In this document: piece after piece, positions 9,269-17,148 of the stretch
Position numbering within the stretch: the first letter of the stretch is position 1
Layout: each line of letters starts with the position of its first letter
Source: an uncultured Solirubrobacterales bacterium
GTDB taxonomy: Bacteria; Actinomycetota; Thermoleophilia; Solirubrobacterales; 70-9
Direction of reading: 5' to 3'
DNA: 64,000 nucleotides
NCBI GenBank assembly: GCA_963841445.1
Contig: CAWJCP010000010.1
Span: 5,420 to 69,419, forward strand
The notes under the pieces: generated by a model
The model's input: the letters and a program-made list of their open reading frames with translations, nothing else
Database searches by the model: none
What the model was told of the DNA's origin: nothing
Made by a program: the position numbers and the translations under genes

Positions 9269-9306
9269 CGCTTCACAAATGATAGCTGGGTTGCCGGTTC
9301 TCCATT

Positions 9307-9504
9307 ACTTGCGGCGGGCTTCGCCCGCCTGACCAGCCTCTGCCGCTCCACTACGTTTCGCGGCTTTCCAGTTCAGTCACTTGCGGCGGGCTTCGCCCGC
9401 CTGACATCTTTTGCGGCCGCTTCGCGGCCTGACGCACCTGCGGCGACACTTTGTGTCGCCGCCCAACATCAATCTGCCGCTCCACTACGTTTCGCGGCTT
9501 TCCA
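9307..9504 (-). repeat. Cluster of duplicated motifs and four GC-rich hairpins in the leader/intercistronic region upstream of the HesB-type gene
   Basis: A 27-nt motif ACTTGCGGCGGGCTTCGCCCGCCTGAC occurs at 9307-9333 and 9379-9405 (identical). A 31-nt motif CTGCCGCTCCACTACGTTTCGCGGCTTTCCA occurs at 9340-9370 and 9474-9504 (identical). Hairpins: GGCGGGC-TTC-GCCCGCC (9313-9329 and 9385-9401), GGCCGC-TTC-GCGGCC (9415-9429) and GCGGCGACAC-TTT-GTGTCGCCGC (9440-9462). Confidence 0.7.
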
Positions 9505-9789
9505 ATCTATGTATTGACGTATTCGCTTCGAGTCGTGGATGACCTCGTCGCCGTCGACCAGCACCGGGACCCGGCTCTGCCTGGTCAGCTCGACGATCTC
9601 GGGGCGATCCTTGCGCGAGTAGGGAACCCGCTCGGTTCGGTACTCGAGCCCGTGCTTGGCCAGCTTGCGCGCCACGGCGCCGCAGGGACAGAGGTAGTTG
9701 GTCGGGGTGCGGCAGCGATAGAGGACGATCGCGGGCCGGCCGGCCGCGGCGCCGGGGGCATCAGGATCGCCCTGCTTGCCATCGCTCAC
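9469..9789 (-). CDS. Glutaredoxin-like / GST-N-terminal-like small thioredoxin-fold protein
   Basis: ...PAIVLYRCRTPTNYLCPCGAVARKLAKHGLEYRTERVPYSRKDRPEIVELTRQSRVPVLVDGDEVIHDSKRI. The start is placed at GTG 9789, which overlaps the upstream stop (GTGA). The last 11 codons are encoded by repeat motif B. Confidence 0.6.
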   Translation of the reverse strand: MSDGKQGDPDAPGAAAGRPAIVLYRCRTPTNYLCPCGAVARKLAKHGLEYRTERVPYSRKDRPEIVELTRQSRVPVLVDGDEVIHDSKRIRQYIDWKAAKRSGAAD

Positions 9790-10844
9790 CCGAGGCCCAC
9801 CCTCTCGCCGAGCTGCAGCACGCGACCGAAGGCGCGCAGGGCGATGTCGGTGCGCGGCGCCCGCCCGACCCTGTCGCCGAGCCGCTCCGCCTGCCATTCG
9901 ACGGCCGCCTCGAGGGTCTCCTCGTGGGGGCGGGGCTTGAAGCCGAGCTCCTTCTTGGCCTTGGCGCTGCGGTAGGTCCACCAGTACTGCGCGGTTCGCA
10001 CCTCGTCCGCGGAGACATGTACGGGAAAGCCGGCCCGGTTGGCGAGCGCGACCGCTGCCGTGGTCAGGTGCGGAGAGACCTTGATCGGCGGCGGCGGCAC
10101 GCCGGAGATCCGCCCGATGTCGGCGAACAGCCGCCCGAGGGTGAAGTTGCGCCCACCGAGGATGTAGCGCTCCCCCACCTTCCCCTTCTGCGCCGCGAGC
10201 AGATGCCCGGCGGCGACGTCGCGGACGTCGACGATGTTCAGCCCGCCATCGACGTAGAAGGGGATCTGGCGCAGCATCACCCGCTTGACCAGGGCATTCG
10301 AGGTTCCGCCGCTGGGATCGTCGGGACCGAGCACGAAGGTCGGATTGACGACGATCACCGCGAGCCCGCGCGCCGCTGCCCGCAGCGCCTCCACCTCGGC
10401 CTCGTGCTTGGAGTTGATGTAGGCGATCCCGAGGTGCCCGGCGCTGAACGGCTGCGACTCGTCGGCGGTGCCGCCGGGACGCGCCGGGCCCACCGCCCCG
10501 GCGGAGGATGTGTGGATGACTCGCTCGACCCCCGCCCGCATCGCCTCTTCGACAACGTTGCGGGTCCCGCTCACGTTGACGTCGAAGACGCGCTCCCTGG
10601 CACCTCCTTGCATCGAAGTCGATCCGGCGATGTGAAAGACCTGCTCGACGCCCTTGATCGCGCGCCGGACCGCGCGTCGATCGGTGATGTCACCGGTAGT
10701 GCGCTCGAACTCGATCTCGGCCAGGTGCTCGAGATCGGAGCTTCGGCGGGCGAGCAGGCGCAGATCGTCGCCGCGCTTGGCGAGCTCCCGCACGACATGG
10801 CTGCCGATGAAGCCTGAGCCGCCCGTTACCAGGGTCTTCGCCAT
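9786..10844 (-). CDS. NAD-dependent epimerase/dehydratase family (extended SDR) protein
   Basis: MAKTLVTGGSGFIGSHVVRELAKRGDDLRLLARR... shows the Rossmann TGGSGFIG motif, with the YxxxK region further on (YINSKHEAE). Confidence 0.8.
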   Translation of the reverse strand: MAKTLVTGGSGFIGSHVVRELAKRGDDLRLLARRSSDLEHLAEIEFERTTGDITDRRAVRRAIKGVEQVFHIAGSTSMQGGARERVFDVNVSGTRNVVEEAMRAGVERVIHTSSAGAVGPARPGGTADESQPFSAGHLGIAYINSKHEAEVEALRAAARGLAVIVVNPTFVLGPDDPSGGTSNALVKRVMLRQIPFYVDGGLNIVDVRDVAAGHLLAAQKGKVGERYILGGRNFTLGRLFADIGRISGVPPPPIKVSPHLTTAAVALANRAGFPVHVSADEVRTAQYWWTYRSAKAKKELGFKPRPHEETLEAAVEWQAERLGDRVGRAPRTDIALRAFGRVLQLGERVGLG

Positions 10845-10940
10845 CGGCGAATCCTTTCAACCGCCCCGGCCTGCCGCGCAGCCTTACGTGCATCTGCCGG
10901 CGCCACGGCACCGGCGCTGAACCACTGATAGAACCGCCGC

Positions 10941-11813
10941 ATGGCCGACCGCCGCACCGAGGTCGTCTGCGACACGACCTGCTATCTGCCCGACGCGATG
11001 GCCGCCGAGCGCGGCATCCACCGGATCAGCCTCTACGTCGGGCTCGAGGGCGAGCTGGAGCCGGAGATGGAGGTCCGCGACTACGGCGCTTTCTACGAGC
11101 GCCTGCGCAGCTCGAGCTCCAAGGTGACGACCTCGCAGCCGTCGGTAGGCGATTTCGTCGCGGTCTGGGAGCCGTTGCTGGCGGACGGCAAGGACGTCGT
11201 CTCGCTGCATATCTCAGGTGGGATCTCCGGCACCTGCGAGGCTGCTGAGCAGGCCCGTGCGAGGCTCACCGAGGAGGGCAAGGGGGGCGAGCGGGTCCAG
11301 GTCTTCGACTCGCGCACCTCGGCCGGGGGGCTCGGGCTCTGCGTGCTGGCCGCGAGCGCGGCGGCGGACACCGGCGCCGGCGGCGAGGAGGTCCTGCGAC
11401 GGGCCACGGACGCGCGCGAGGCGCTGATGATCTACTTCGGAATCGACACGCTCGAGTTCCTGCGCCGCGGCGACCGGATCGGCAAGGCGCGGGGATGGCT
11501 CGGCTCGACCCTGCGGATCAAGCCGATCCTCACCCTCGAGGAGGAGATCACCCCGATCGAGCGTGTGCGGACCCGATCGAAGATGCTGGAGCGGCTGCGC
11601 GCCCATGCCGAAAAGCGCCACGAGCTGGGCGCCGACGCCTGGGTGGTCCAGTACGTCCAGGACCGCGGGGCCGCCGAGGCACTGATCGCAGAGTGCCACG
11701 AGATCTTCGGCCGCGGCCCCGTCTTCGTCTCCGAGGTCGGGCCGGTGATCGGCGCCCACATCGGGCCGGGGATGCTCGGAGTGGGAAGCGTGCCGGAGTC
11801 GATGCTGTCCTGA
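10941..11813 (+). CDS. DegV family fatty-acid-binding protein
   Basis: VVCDTTCYLP...SKVTTSQPSVGDFVAVWEPLLADGKDVVSLHISGGISGTCEAAEQA... matches the DegV signature. Confidence 0.85.
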   Translation: MADRRTEVVCDTTCYLPDAMAAERGIHRISLYVGLEGELEPEMEVRDYGAFYERLRSSSSKVTTSQPSVGDFVAVWEPLLADGKDVVSLHISGGISGTCEAAEQARARLTEEGKGGERVQVFDSRTSAGGLGLCVLAASAAADTGAGGEEVLRRATDAREALMIYFGIDTLEFLRRGDRIGKARGWLGSTLRIKPILTLEEEITPIERVRTRSKMLERLRAHAEKRHELGADAWVVQYVQDRGAAEALIAECHEIFGRGPVFVSEVGPVIGAHIGPGMLGVGSVPESMLS

Positions 11814-11814
11814 C

Positions 11815-12888
11815 CTATCCCTCCCCTTCGGGGATCGGGGGCGTCTGTGGGGACGCCCCGTGGCGGAAGCGCCACCAGTCGCGGACCACGCTCTGCACCG
11901 CCGCGGCCGCCGGGATCGCGATCAGCACCCCAAGCACGCCGAGCAGCGCCGCCCCGATCAGCACCGCGACGATCACGACCAGCGGGTGGATCTGCACAGT
12001 GCGTCCGTAGACCACCGGCTGGAGCAGGTTGTTCTCGATCTGCTGATAGACGACTTGCACGGCCACCCAGACGATCACTCCGGCCGGGAAGTCGACGAAG
12101 GCGACCACGATGCCGACCAGGATCGCCCCCAGGGTGGCGCCGATCAGCGGGATCAGGTCGAAGAAGCCGAACAGGACCGCGAGCGGAACCGCGAACGGGA
12201 CGTCGAGGATCGTCAGGGTCACGTAGGTGACCGTGCCGGCGGCGATGCTGATCAGGAAGTTGCCGAACACGTAGCCGCTGATCGCCTCCGAGATGTCCTT
12301 GGCCACCGCGCGCAGGCGCGCCTCGCGTTGGTCGGGTAACTGTCGGTAGAGGAACTCGAGGAACTTCGGCCCGTCCATGAGCAGCAGGAAGGCGATCACG
12401 AGGATCGAGAAAAGCTGCACGAAGCGGTCGAAGACGCCGACGGTGACGTCGCGCAGGGTCCCGGCCGCATCGCCGAGCTTGCTTGGCAGCTCAGCCGCCT
12501 GCTGCTTGAGCTTGGGGACGATGTGGTACTTCTCGTTGTACTTGCGGAAGGTGGGGTTCTTGTTCAAGTCGTCGATGTACCCGGGAAGGTCACGGGAAAG
12601 TCCGTCGACGCCCTTGACGATCGGGGTCACGAGCAGCAGGCCGACTCCGACGATCCCCCCGGCGATGCCGAGGTAGACGAGCAGGATCGCGATCCAGCGT
12701 GGGACCTTGCGGTCGTTGAGCCAGTTCACCGCCGGGGCGATCGCGAGCGCGAAGAAGACCGCGATCAGCACCAGCCCGACGACCGTGCGGATCAGGTAGA
12801 CGAAATAAAGCGCCGCCAGCACCGCGCAGGCGACCAGCACGATCTTCGCGACCAGGCGAGAGGAGACGGCCGAAGCATCGCCCGACAT
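11815..12888 (-). CDS. AI-2E family transporter (PerM/UPF0118)
   Basis: 357 aa, polytopic. ...FFDLIPLIGATLGAILVGIVVAF...LLQPVVYGRTVQIHPLVVIVAVLIGAALLGVLGVLIAIP. Confidence 0.8.
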   Translation of the reverse strand: MSGDASAVSSRLVAKIVLVACAVLAALYFVYLIRTVVGLVLIAVFFALAIAPAVNWLNDRKVPRWIAILLVYLGIAGGIVGVGLLLVTPIVKGVDGLSRDLPGYIDDLNKNPTFRKYNEKYHIVPKLKQQAAELPSKLGDAAGTLRDVTVGVFDRFVQLFSILVIAFLLLMDGPKFLEFLYRQLPDQREARLRAVAKDISEAISGYVFGNFLISIAAGTVTYVTLTILDVPFAVPLAVLFGFFDLIPLIGATLGAILVGIVVAFVDFPAGVIVWVAVQVVYQQIENNLLQPVVYGRTVQIHPLVVIVAVLIGAALLGVLGVLIAIPAAAAVQSVVRDWWRFRHGASPQTPPIPEGEG

Positions 12889-12939
12889 CGCGCCGAGGGT
12901 ATTTCCCGTTTCGGACGCGGCTGGAGGAAGCGGCCCCGG

Positions 12940-13425
12940 CTAAAGGTGCTTCGCGTGCCAGCGGACGATCGAGCTGGTGCAGGTGCTGACCGGCGCTCCG
13001 CTGGCGTCGAAGAGCACCGCGGTCGCCCGGAATGTCCCCTTCGCCCGGCGCTTGCCGGTGAACCTGCCCCTCACCTTGCTGGTCACCTGGGCCGAGTACT
13101 GGGTGCCGGCGAGGTTGCCGGAGGTGCTCTTGTAGGTGCCCTTGCCGTGGAACTTGCCGCGGCTCGAGACCGGCCCCTCGGCGCGGGTCGCCTGGACCAG
13201 GGTCGTGAAGCCGCTGTCGCAAGGCGCGTTCCAGCCGATCGTGAAGCGCTTCACGTTCTCGCCTCCATGGGTGACCTTGATCTCGACCGGGACCGCGCTG
13301 CCGTCGGGATTGGCCTGCGAAGTGGTGCCGGTCCACTTCCCCTTCTCCGGGACCGCCGCCGACGCCGACGCGGCGACCAGCAGGGCGAGCAGAGCGATGC
13401 AGGCGCCGGCGAGGCGCCGGCTCAT
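12940..13425 (-). CDS. Secreted hypothetical protein (signal peptide)
   Basis: MSRRLAGACIALLALLVAASASAAVPEKG... has a clear Sec signal followed by a beta-rich Gly/Thr/Lys sequence. It overlaps the upstream gene by 4 nt. Confidence 0.6.
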   Translation of the reverse strand: MSRRLAGACIALLALLVAASASAAVPEKGKWTGTTSQANPDGSAVPVEIKVTHGGENVKRFTIGWNAPCDSGFTTLVQATRAEGPVSSRGKFHGKGTYKSTSGNLAGTQYSAQVTSKVRGRFTGKRRAKGTFRATAVLFDASGAPVSTCTSSIVRWHAKHL

Positions 13426-13676
13426 GAACGCCGCCGCCGCAGGGCGACGATGCCGCCAATCACGAAGCCGGCGATCGCGGCGCCGGCGATCAGCTCGCGG
13501 CGGTGCTCGCTGACCTGGCGGCGCCAGTCGGTGAGCTCGCCGAAGCGCGTCCGCAGCATCTCAACCGAGTGGCCGAGCTGCTCGCGCTGGGCCTCGATGT
13601 CGCGGCGGATCTCCTGCGAGGAGCGATTTGGCATCCCCACGGTCGCGGGCTGCTGGGACTCGGGGTATGGGCTCAC
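13422..13676 (-). CDS. DUF3618-like small membrane-anchored protein
   Basis: ...SSQEIRRDIEAQREQLGHSVEMLRTRFGELTDW... followed by the C-terminal TM segment LIAGAAIAGFVIGGIVALRRRR. Confidence 0.6.
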   Translation of the reverse strand: MSPYPESQQPATVGMPNRSSQEIRRDIEAQREQLGHSVEMLRTRFGELTDWRRQVSEHRRELIAGAAIAGFVIGGIVALRRRRS

Positions 13677-14095
13677 ATGGACCTCTCGAGGCGCTCGCGG
13701 GTTAGCTTCGCCTCCTCGATCGCCTGATCGGGGGTCGGGGGAGCGCCCTTCTTCAGCGCCCGCACGGCGATCAGCACGGCGATCGCCCCGATGACCAGGA
13801 AAAGCGCCGCCTCGACGAAAAAGCCGAGCCAGAAATTGTCGAAGACGAGGTCGTTGAGCAGCCAGGCGACCCCCTCCATGATCAAGATCAGCGCGAAGAA
13901 CAGGAAGACCCCGGCGACGATCCCGACCACCGAGCCGCGGATCAGCTGGCTGATCTTCTCCGAGACTTCCGCCTTGGCGAGCTCGATCTCCTCGCGGATC
14001 AGGGTCGAGGTGCGCGCCGATACGTCGGAGACCAGCTCGCCGACCGATCGATCGGGGCCGGGCGGAGGCGGGGGTGTCTGTCCAGGGTGTTGCAT
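13673..14095 (-). CDS. Actinobacterial holin-X / phage-holin-3_6 family membrane protein
   Basis: SVGELVSDVSARTSTLIREEIELAKAEVSEKISQLIRGSVVGIVAGVFLFFALILIM... The start is taken at ATG 14095 (MQHPGQTPPPPPG). The longer track ORF extends to 14209. Confidence 0.6.
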   Translation of the reverse strand: MQHPGQTPPPPPGPDRSVGELVSDVSARTSTLIREEIELAKAEVSEKISQLIRGSVVGIVAGVFLFFALILIMEGVAWLLNDLVFDNFWLGFFVEAALFLVIGAIAVLIAVRALKKGAPPTPDQAIEEAKLTRERLERSM

Positions 14096-14099
14096 GGGC

Positions 14100-14234
14100 T
14101 CAGTCGGGGGGATCCTCGTCGAAGATGCGCCTGTAGGCGATCGCCGCGACCCGCGCCGCGAGGATGCTGGCCAGCGCTCCGGTCGCCGCCAAAAGGCCGC
14201 TCCAGACAAGTCGCCTGACGATCTCGTTATCCAC
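14100..14234 (-). CDS. Candidate 44-aa small membrane protein (DUF4235-like), not in the ORF track
   Basis: The GTG at 14234 through TGA at 14100 reads VDNEIVRRLVWSGLLAATGALASILAARVAAIAYRRIFDEDPPD. This is one TM helix plus an acidic tail. GC3 is high, and it fills the gap between the hydrolase and the holin-X gene. Confidence 0.4.
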   Translation of the reverse strand: MDNEIVRRLVWSGLLAATGALASILAARVAAIAYRRIFDEDPPD

Positions 14235-15498
14235 TTACTCCCAGCTTCCCCCCATTGGCCGGGGAGTAAACCACCTCGTCCAGGTCACGGTCGGCATACG
14301 CGGCCCAACGCTCGAAGAAGCGGCGGTAGACGGCGTAGGTCCAATCGCGGTCGATCGCGTCGAGTGCCCCATGACCGCCCCCCGGCAGGGTCCAGACGCG
14401 GACCAGGTCGTTGCTCGATGCGGCCTCGGCCAGCATCTCCGCGTGGTCGACCGGAATTATGTGATCGTCGACGGGGTGAAGGACGAGCACCGGGACGCGC
14501 GCGCCGGCGATGTGGTTGACGGCCGAGGAGCGGCGCTGAACCTCGGCCACGTCGAGGCCGTAATAGGCGGCGCTGACCTGGTCCAGGGCCTCGCTGAGCA
14601 GGCTGACGTCGGGCCAGCGCGAGCCGCGCACTCGAGACAGGAGCATCGCTCGAAAGCCATAGTTGAGCGCGTAAGCAGGATGGTTCAGCGGCACCCGCCG
14701 CGAGAGGCGCTCGGTCGCGTGGGCGATGTCGGCCGGCGGTGAGACGGCGATCACGCCGCCGTCGAGGGCCTGCTCGGCGCCTTGCGGATGGCTCGCGCCG
14801 AGCACCGAGGAAGCGCCCAGCGAGATGCCCAGCGCGCCGACGGTTGTGCTGCCCATCTCCTTCAGGGCCCGGGCCACCGCGAGCAGGTCCTCACCCTCCT
14901 TCCAGCCGCCGCTCGAGGGCGCCTCGTTGATCAGCCCGGTGAGGCCGAAGCTGCGCAGGTCGACGGTGGCGACATTGAAGCCCCAGTCGAAGAAGGCGCG
15001 TACGGCCGGCTCGCGCACGTAGTCGAAGCGGCGGGTGGTGAACAAGCCGTGCACGACGATCAGGCCCGGGCGCGGGACGTCCTGGAGCGCGACCGAGGCG
15101 GCGATCCGGACTCCGTCGGCGCCCTCGATGGTGAGATCGTGGAACTGGCGCGGGTAGCCGTAGCCGTAGTTGGCGAAGTCGTGACTCTGGGTCAGCACGA
15201 AGGTCGAGATGTCGGCGAGGCCCTTGCGGGGCTCGGCCCATGCACTTGAGTGAAGCCGGCTGGGAATCGCCTCAAGCTCGGAGAACAGCGCCGCCATCGA
15301 GCGCTCGCCCGGCACGGGGACCGGAAGCGCACGCGGCCGCGCCCCGCGCCGCTCGAGCAGCCTTCGCAGCGGGCCGCCGAGCCGCTGGGCGAGCAGCCAG
15401 ACCGGCAGCGCGACGATCCCGATCGCGACGTTGAGCAGCTTCGCCGAGCCGTGCATGACCCGGTCCTGGCGCCGCGTCGTTGCAAGCGACTCCCACAT
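14227..15498 (-). CDS. Alpha/beta-fold hydrolase with N-terminal membrane anchor
   Basis: ...GLIVVHGLFTTRRFDYVREPAVRAFFDWGFNVATVDLRSFG...GALGISLGASSVLG (GxSxG nucleophile elbow)...LVLHPVDDHIIP. The exact start is uncertain. Confidence 0.75.
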   Translation of the reverse strand: MWESLATTRRQDRVMHGSAKLLNVAIGIVALPVWLLAQRLGGPLRRLLERRGARPRALPVPVPGERSMAALFSELEAIPSRLHSSAWAEPRKGLADISTFVLTQSHDFANYGYGYPRQFHDLTIEGADGVRIAASVALQDVPRPGLIVVHGLFTTRRFDYVREPAVRAFFDWGFNVATVDLRSFGLTGLINEAPSSGGWKEGEDLLAVARALKEMGSTTVGALGISLGASSVLGASHPQGAEQALDGGVIAVSPPADIAHATERLSRRVPLNHPAYALNYGFRAMLLSRVRGSRWPDVSLLSEALDQVSAAYYGLDVAEVQRRSSAVNHIAGARVPVLVLHPVDDHIIPVDHAEMLAEAASSNDLVRVWTLPGGGHGALDAIDRDWTYAVYRRFFERWAAYADRDLDEVVYSPANGGKLGVSG

Positions 15499-15515
15499 AG
15501 GCGAACCCTATGCCC

Positions 15516-16127
15516 TCAGCGGCGCGGCTCGAGGCCGTCGCAGATCGTCTCCACCACGAGCTCCGCGGCGCGATCGTAATCCTGGCTGCTGGAAGGGATC
15601 AGGTCGAAGATCCAACCGGAGAGCAGCTGCTCGATCGCCCCGTAGAAGGACATCGAGGCGAAGATCGGGTCGATGTCGGTTCGGAAGGTCCCCTCGGCCT
15701 GACCTTCGGCGACGATCTGCGCGATCAGCTCGTAGGCGTTGCGGATCTCCGCCAGGTGGGTGCGCCCGAACGAGTTCGCGGCCCGGGTCACCTCGACGAT
15801 GATCACCTTCATCAGCTCCGGGTCGTGGCGATAGGAGTCGACGATGAAGCCGGCCACAGCAGCCAGGCGCTCGCGTGGCGCGGTGTCTCCCGTCTCCTCG
15901 ATCGCGGCGAGCAGCAGCGACCATCGCTCGCTGAACAGCTCATTGAGCACTTCCTCCTTGGAGCGGAAGTAGTGATAGACGAGGCCATAGGCCACCCCCG
16001 CCTCGTCGGCGATGTCGGAGACCCGGGTCGAGTGAAAGCCCTGGCGGGCGAAGACGCGCACCGCCGCTTCGAGTATCTGGCGCCGCTTGTCGACCGCGAC
16101 TTCTGTTCGCGCTCGGCTGGCCATCAA
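15516..16127 (-). CDS. TetR/AcrR family transcriptional regulator
   Basis: RRQILEAAVRVFARQGFHSTRVSDIADEAGVAYGLVYHYFRSKEEVL is a typical TetR HTH. Confidence 0.85.
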   Translation of the reverse strand: MMASRARTEVAVDKRRQILEAAVRVFARQGFHSTRVSDIADEAGVAYGLVYHYFRSKEEVLNELFSERWSLLLAAIEETGDTAPRERLAAVAGFIVDSYRHDPELMKVIIVEVTRAANSFGRTHLAEIRNAYELIAQIVAEGQAEGTFRTDIDPIFASMSFYGAIEQLLSGWIFDLIPSSSQDYDRAAELVVETICDGLEPRR

Positions 16128-16164
16128 CCCTCCTTCGCTGAAGCCTCGCGCTCACGAGCGCCCA

Positions 16165-16995
16165 TCAGCCGACCTCTACTTCGTCAGGCCAGCGATAGGC
16201 ACCGGGCCTGCGATTTGCCAGCGAGGGCAGCTGCTCGCGGATGCGGCGCTGCTCGGCGAGGTCGAGATCGGCGGCGACGAAGCACTCCCCCTGCGGCGCC
16301 AGCGCCAGCACCCTGCCCCAGGGGTCGACGATCGATGAGTGGCCGAAGGACTCGTAGTGGGGTGGCGCCTTGCCGACCTGGCCAGCCGCGATCACGAAGA
16401 CCTGGTTCTCGATCGCGCGGGCCCGCAGCAGCACCTCCCAGTGGTCGCGTCCGGTGGGCGCCGTGAAGGCCGATGGCACCGTGATCGCCTCGGCGCCGCG
16501 CAGGGCGAGGATCCGGTAGAGCTCCGGGAAGCGAAGGTCGTAGCAGACGGTCAGGCCCAGCTCGAGCTCTCCCAACGATGCGCTGACCGGCTCCTCACCG
16601 GCCTGCTCGGTGTCGGACTCGCGGTAGGTGACCCCCTCGACCTCGACGTCGAACATGTGGATCTTGCGGTAGACGGCGAGATCCTCGCCGGAGCGATCGA
16701 TCAGCACCGAGGTGTTGTAGAGCTGCTCCTGTCCCTCGACCCGCTCGGCGACGCTCCCGGCCAGCAGGTTAAGGCCGAGATCTCGCGCCCAACCGCGGGC
16801 GGCGGCGAGGCTCGGGCCGGCGAGCGGCTCGGCGCCGGCGCGCAGGGCGTCCGCGCCGCCGAGCAGCGTCCACTTCTCCGGCAGGCAGACGAGCTCGGCT
16901 CCGTCCGCGGCTGCTTCGCGGACCAGGCGCTCGGCGACCTCGAGATTGCGATCTTTGTCTTCCTGCGAATTGAGCTGGATCGCGGCGGCGCGCAT
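16165..16995 (-). CDS. Carbon-nitrogen hydrolase family (nitrilase/omega-amidase-like)
   Basis: MRAAAIQLNSQEDKDRNLEVAERLVREAAADGAELVCLPEKW...LGLTVCYDLRFPELY carries the Glu/Lys/Cys triad context. Confidence 0.85.
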   Translation of the reverse strand: MRAAAIQLNSQEDKDRNLEVAERLVREAAADGAELVCLPEKWTLLGGADALRAGAEPLAGPSLAAARGWARDLGLNLLAGSVAERVEGQEQLYNTSVLIDRSGEDLAVYRKIHMFDVEVEGVTYRESDTEQAGEEPVSASLGELELGLTVCYDLRFPELYRILALRGAEAITVPSAFTAPTGRDHWEVLLRARAIENQVFVIAAGQVGKAPPHYESFGHSSIVDPWGRVLALAPQGECFVAADLDLAEQRRIREQLPSLANRRPGAYRWPDEVEVG

Positions 16996-17017
16996 CTGAA
17001 TCCCCTCTCCGCCTGGC

Positions 17018-17031
17018 TGACTGACCAGTCA
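17018..17031. promoter_or_regulatory. Perfect palindrome TGACTG-AC-CAGTCA, 23 nt upstream of the nitrilase-TetR operon start; candidate TetR operator
   Basis: Read directly from the sequence. It lies in the 153-nt divergent intergenic region between 16995 (minus strand) and 17149 (plus strand). Confidence 0.35.
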
Positions 17032-17148
17032 ATCGGGCGGCCTTCAGTATCCCACAGGCCTCTCCGCCCCCGGCTCTCAGGCCGACTACGGCAACGTGCA
17101 GGCCATGGCCCGGCAAAGGCCGTACTCGACGGGAGCTAGGATCGGCTC

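Noticed and set aside
9307-9504. Could the hairpin/repeat cluster be a tRNA, a CRISPR fragment or a known riboswitch?
   Set aside because: There is no cloverleaf, T-loop (GGTTCGA) or anticodon-arm geometry. Each motif has only two copies, with unequal spacing. I cannot match it to any riboswitch consensus I know. It is retained as an unexplained repeat finding instead.
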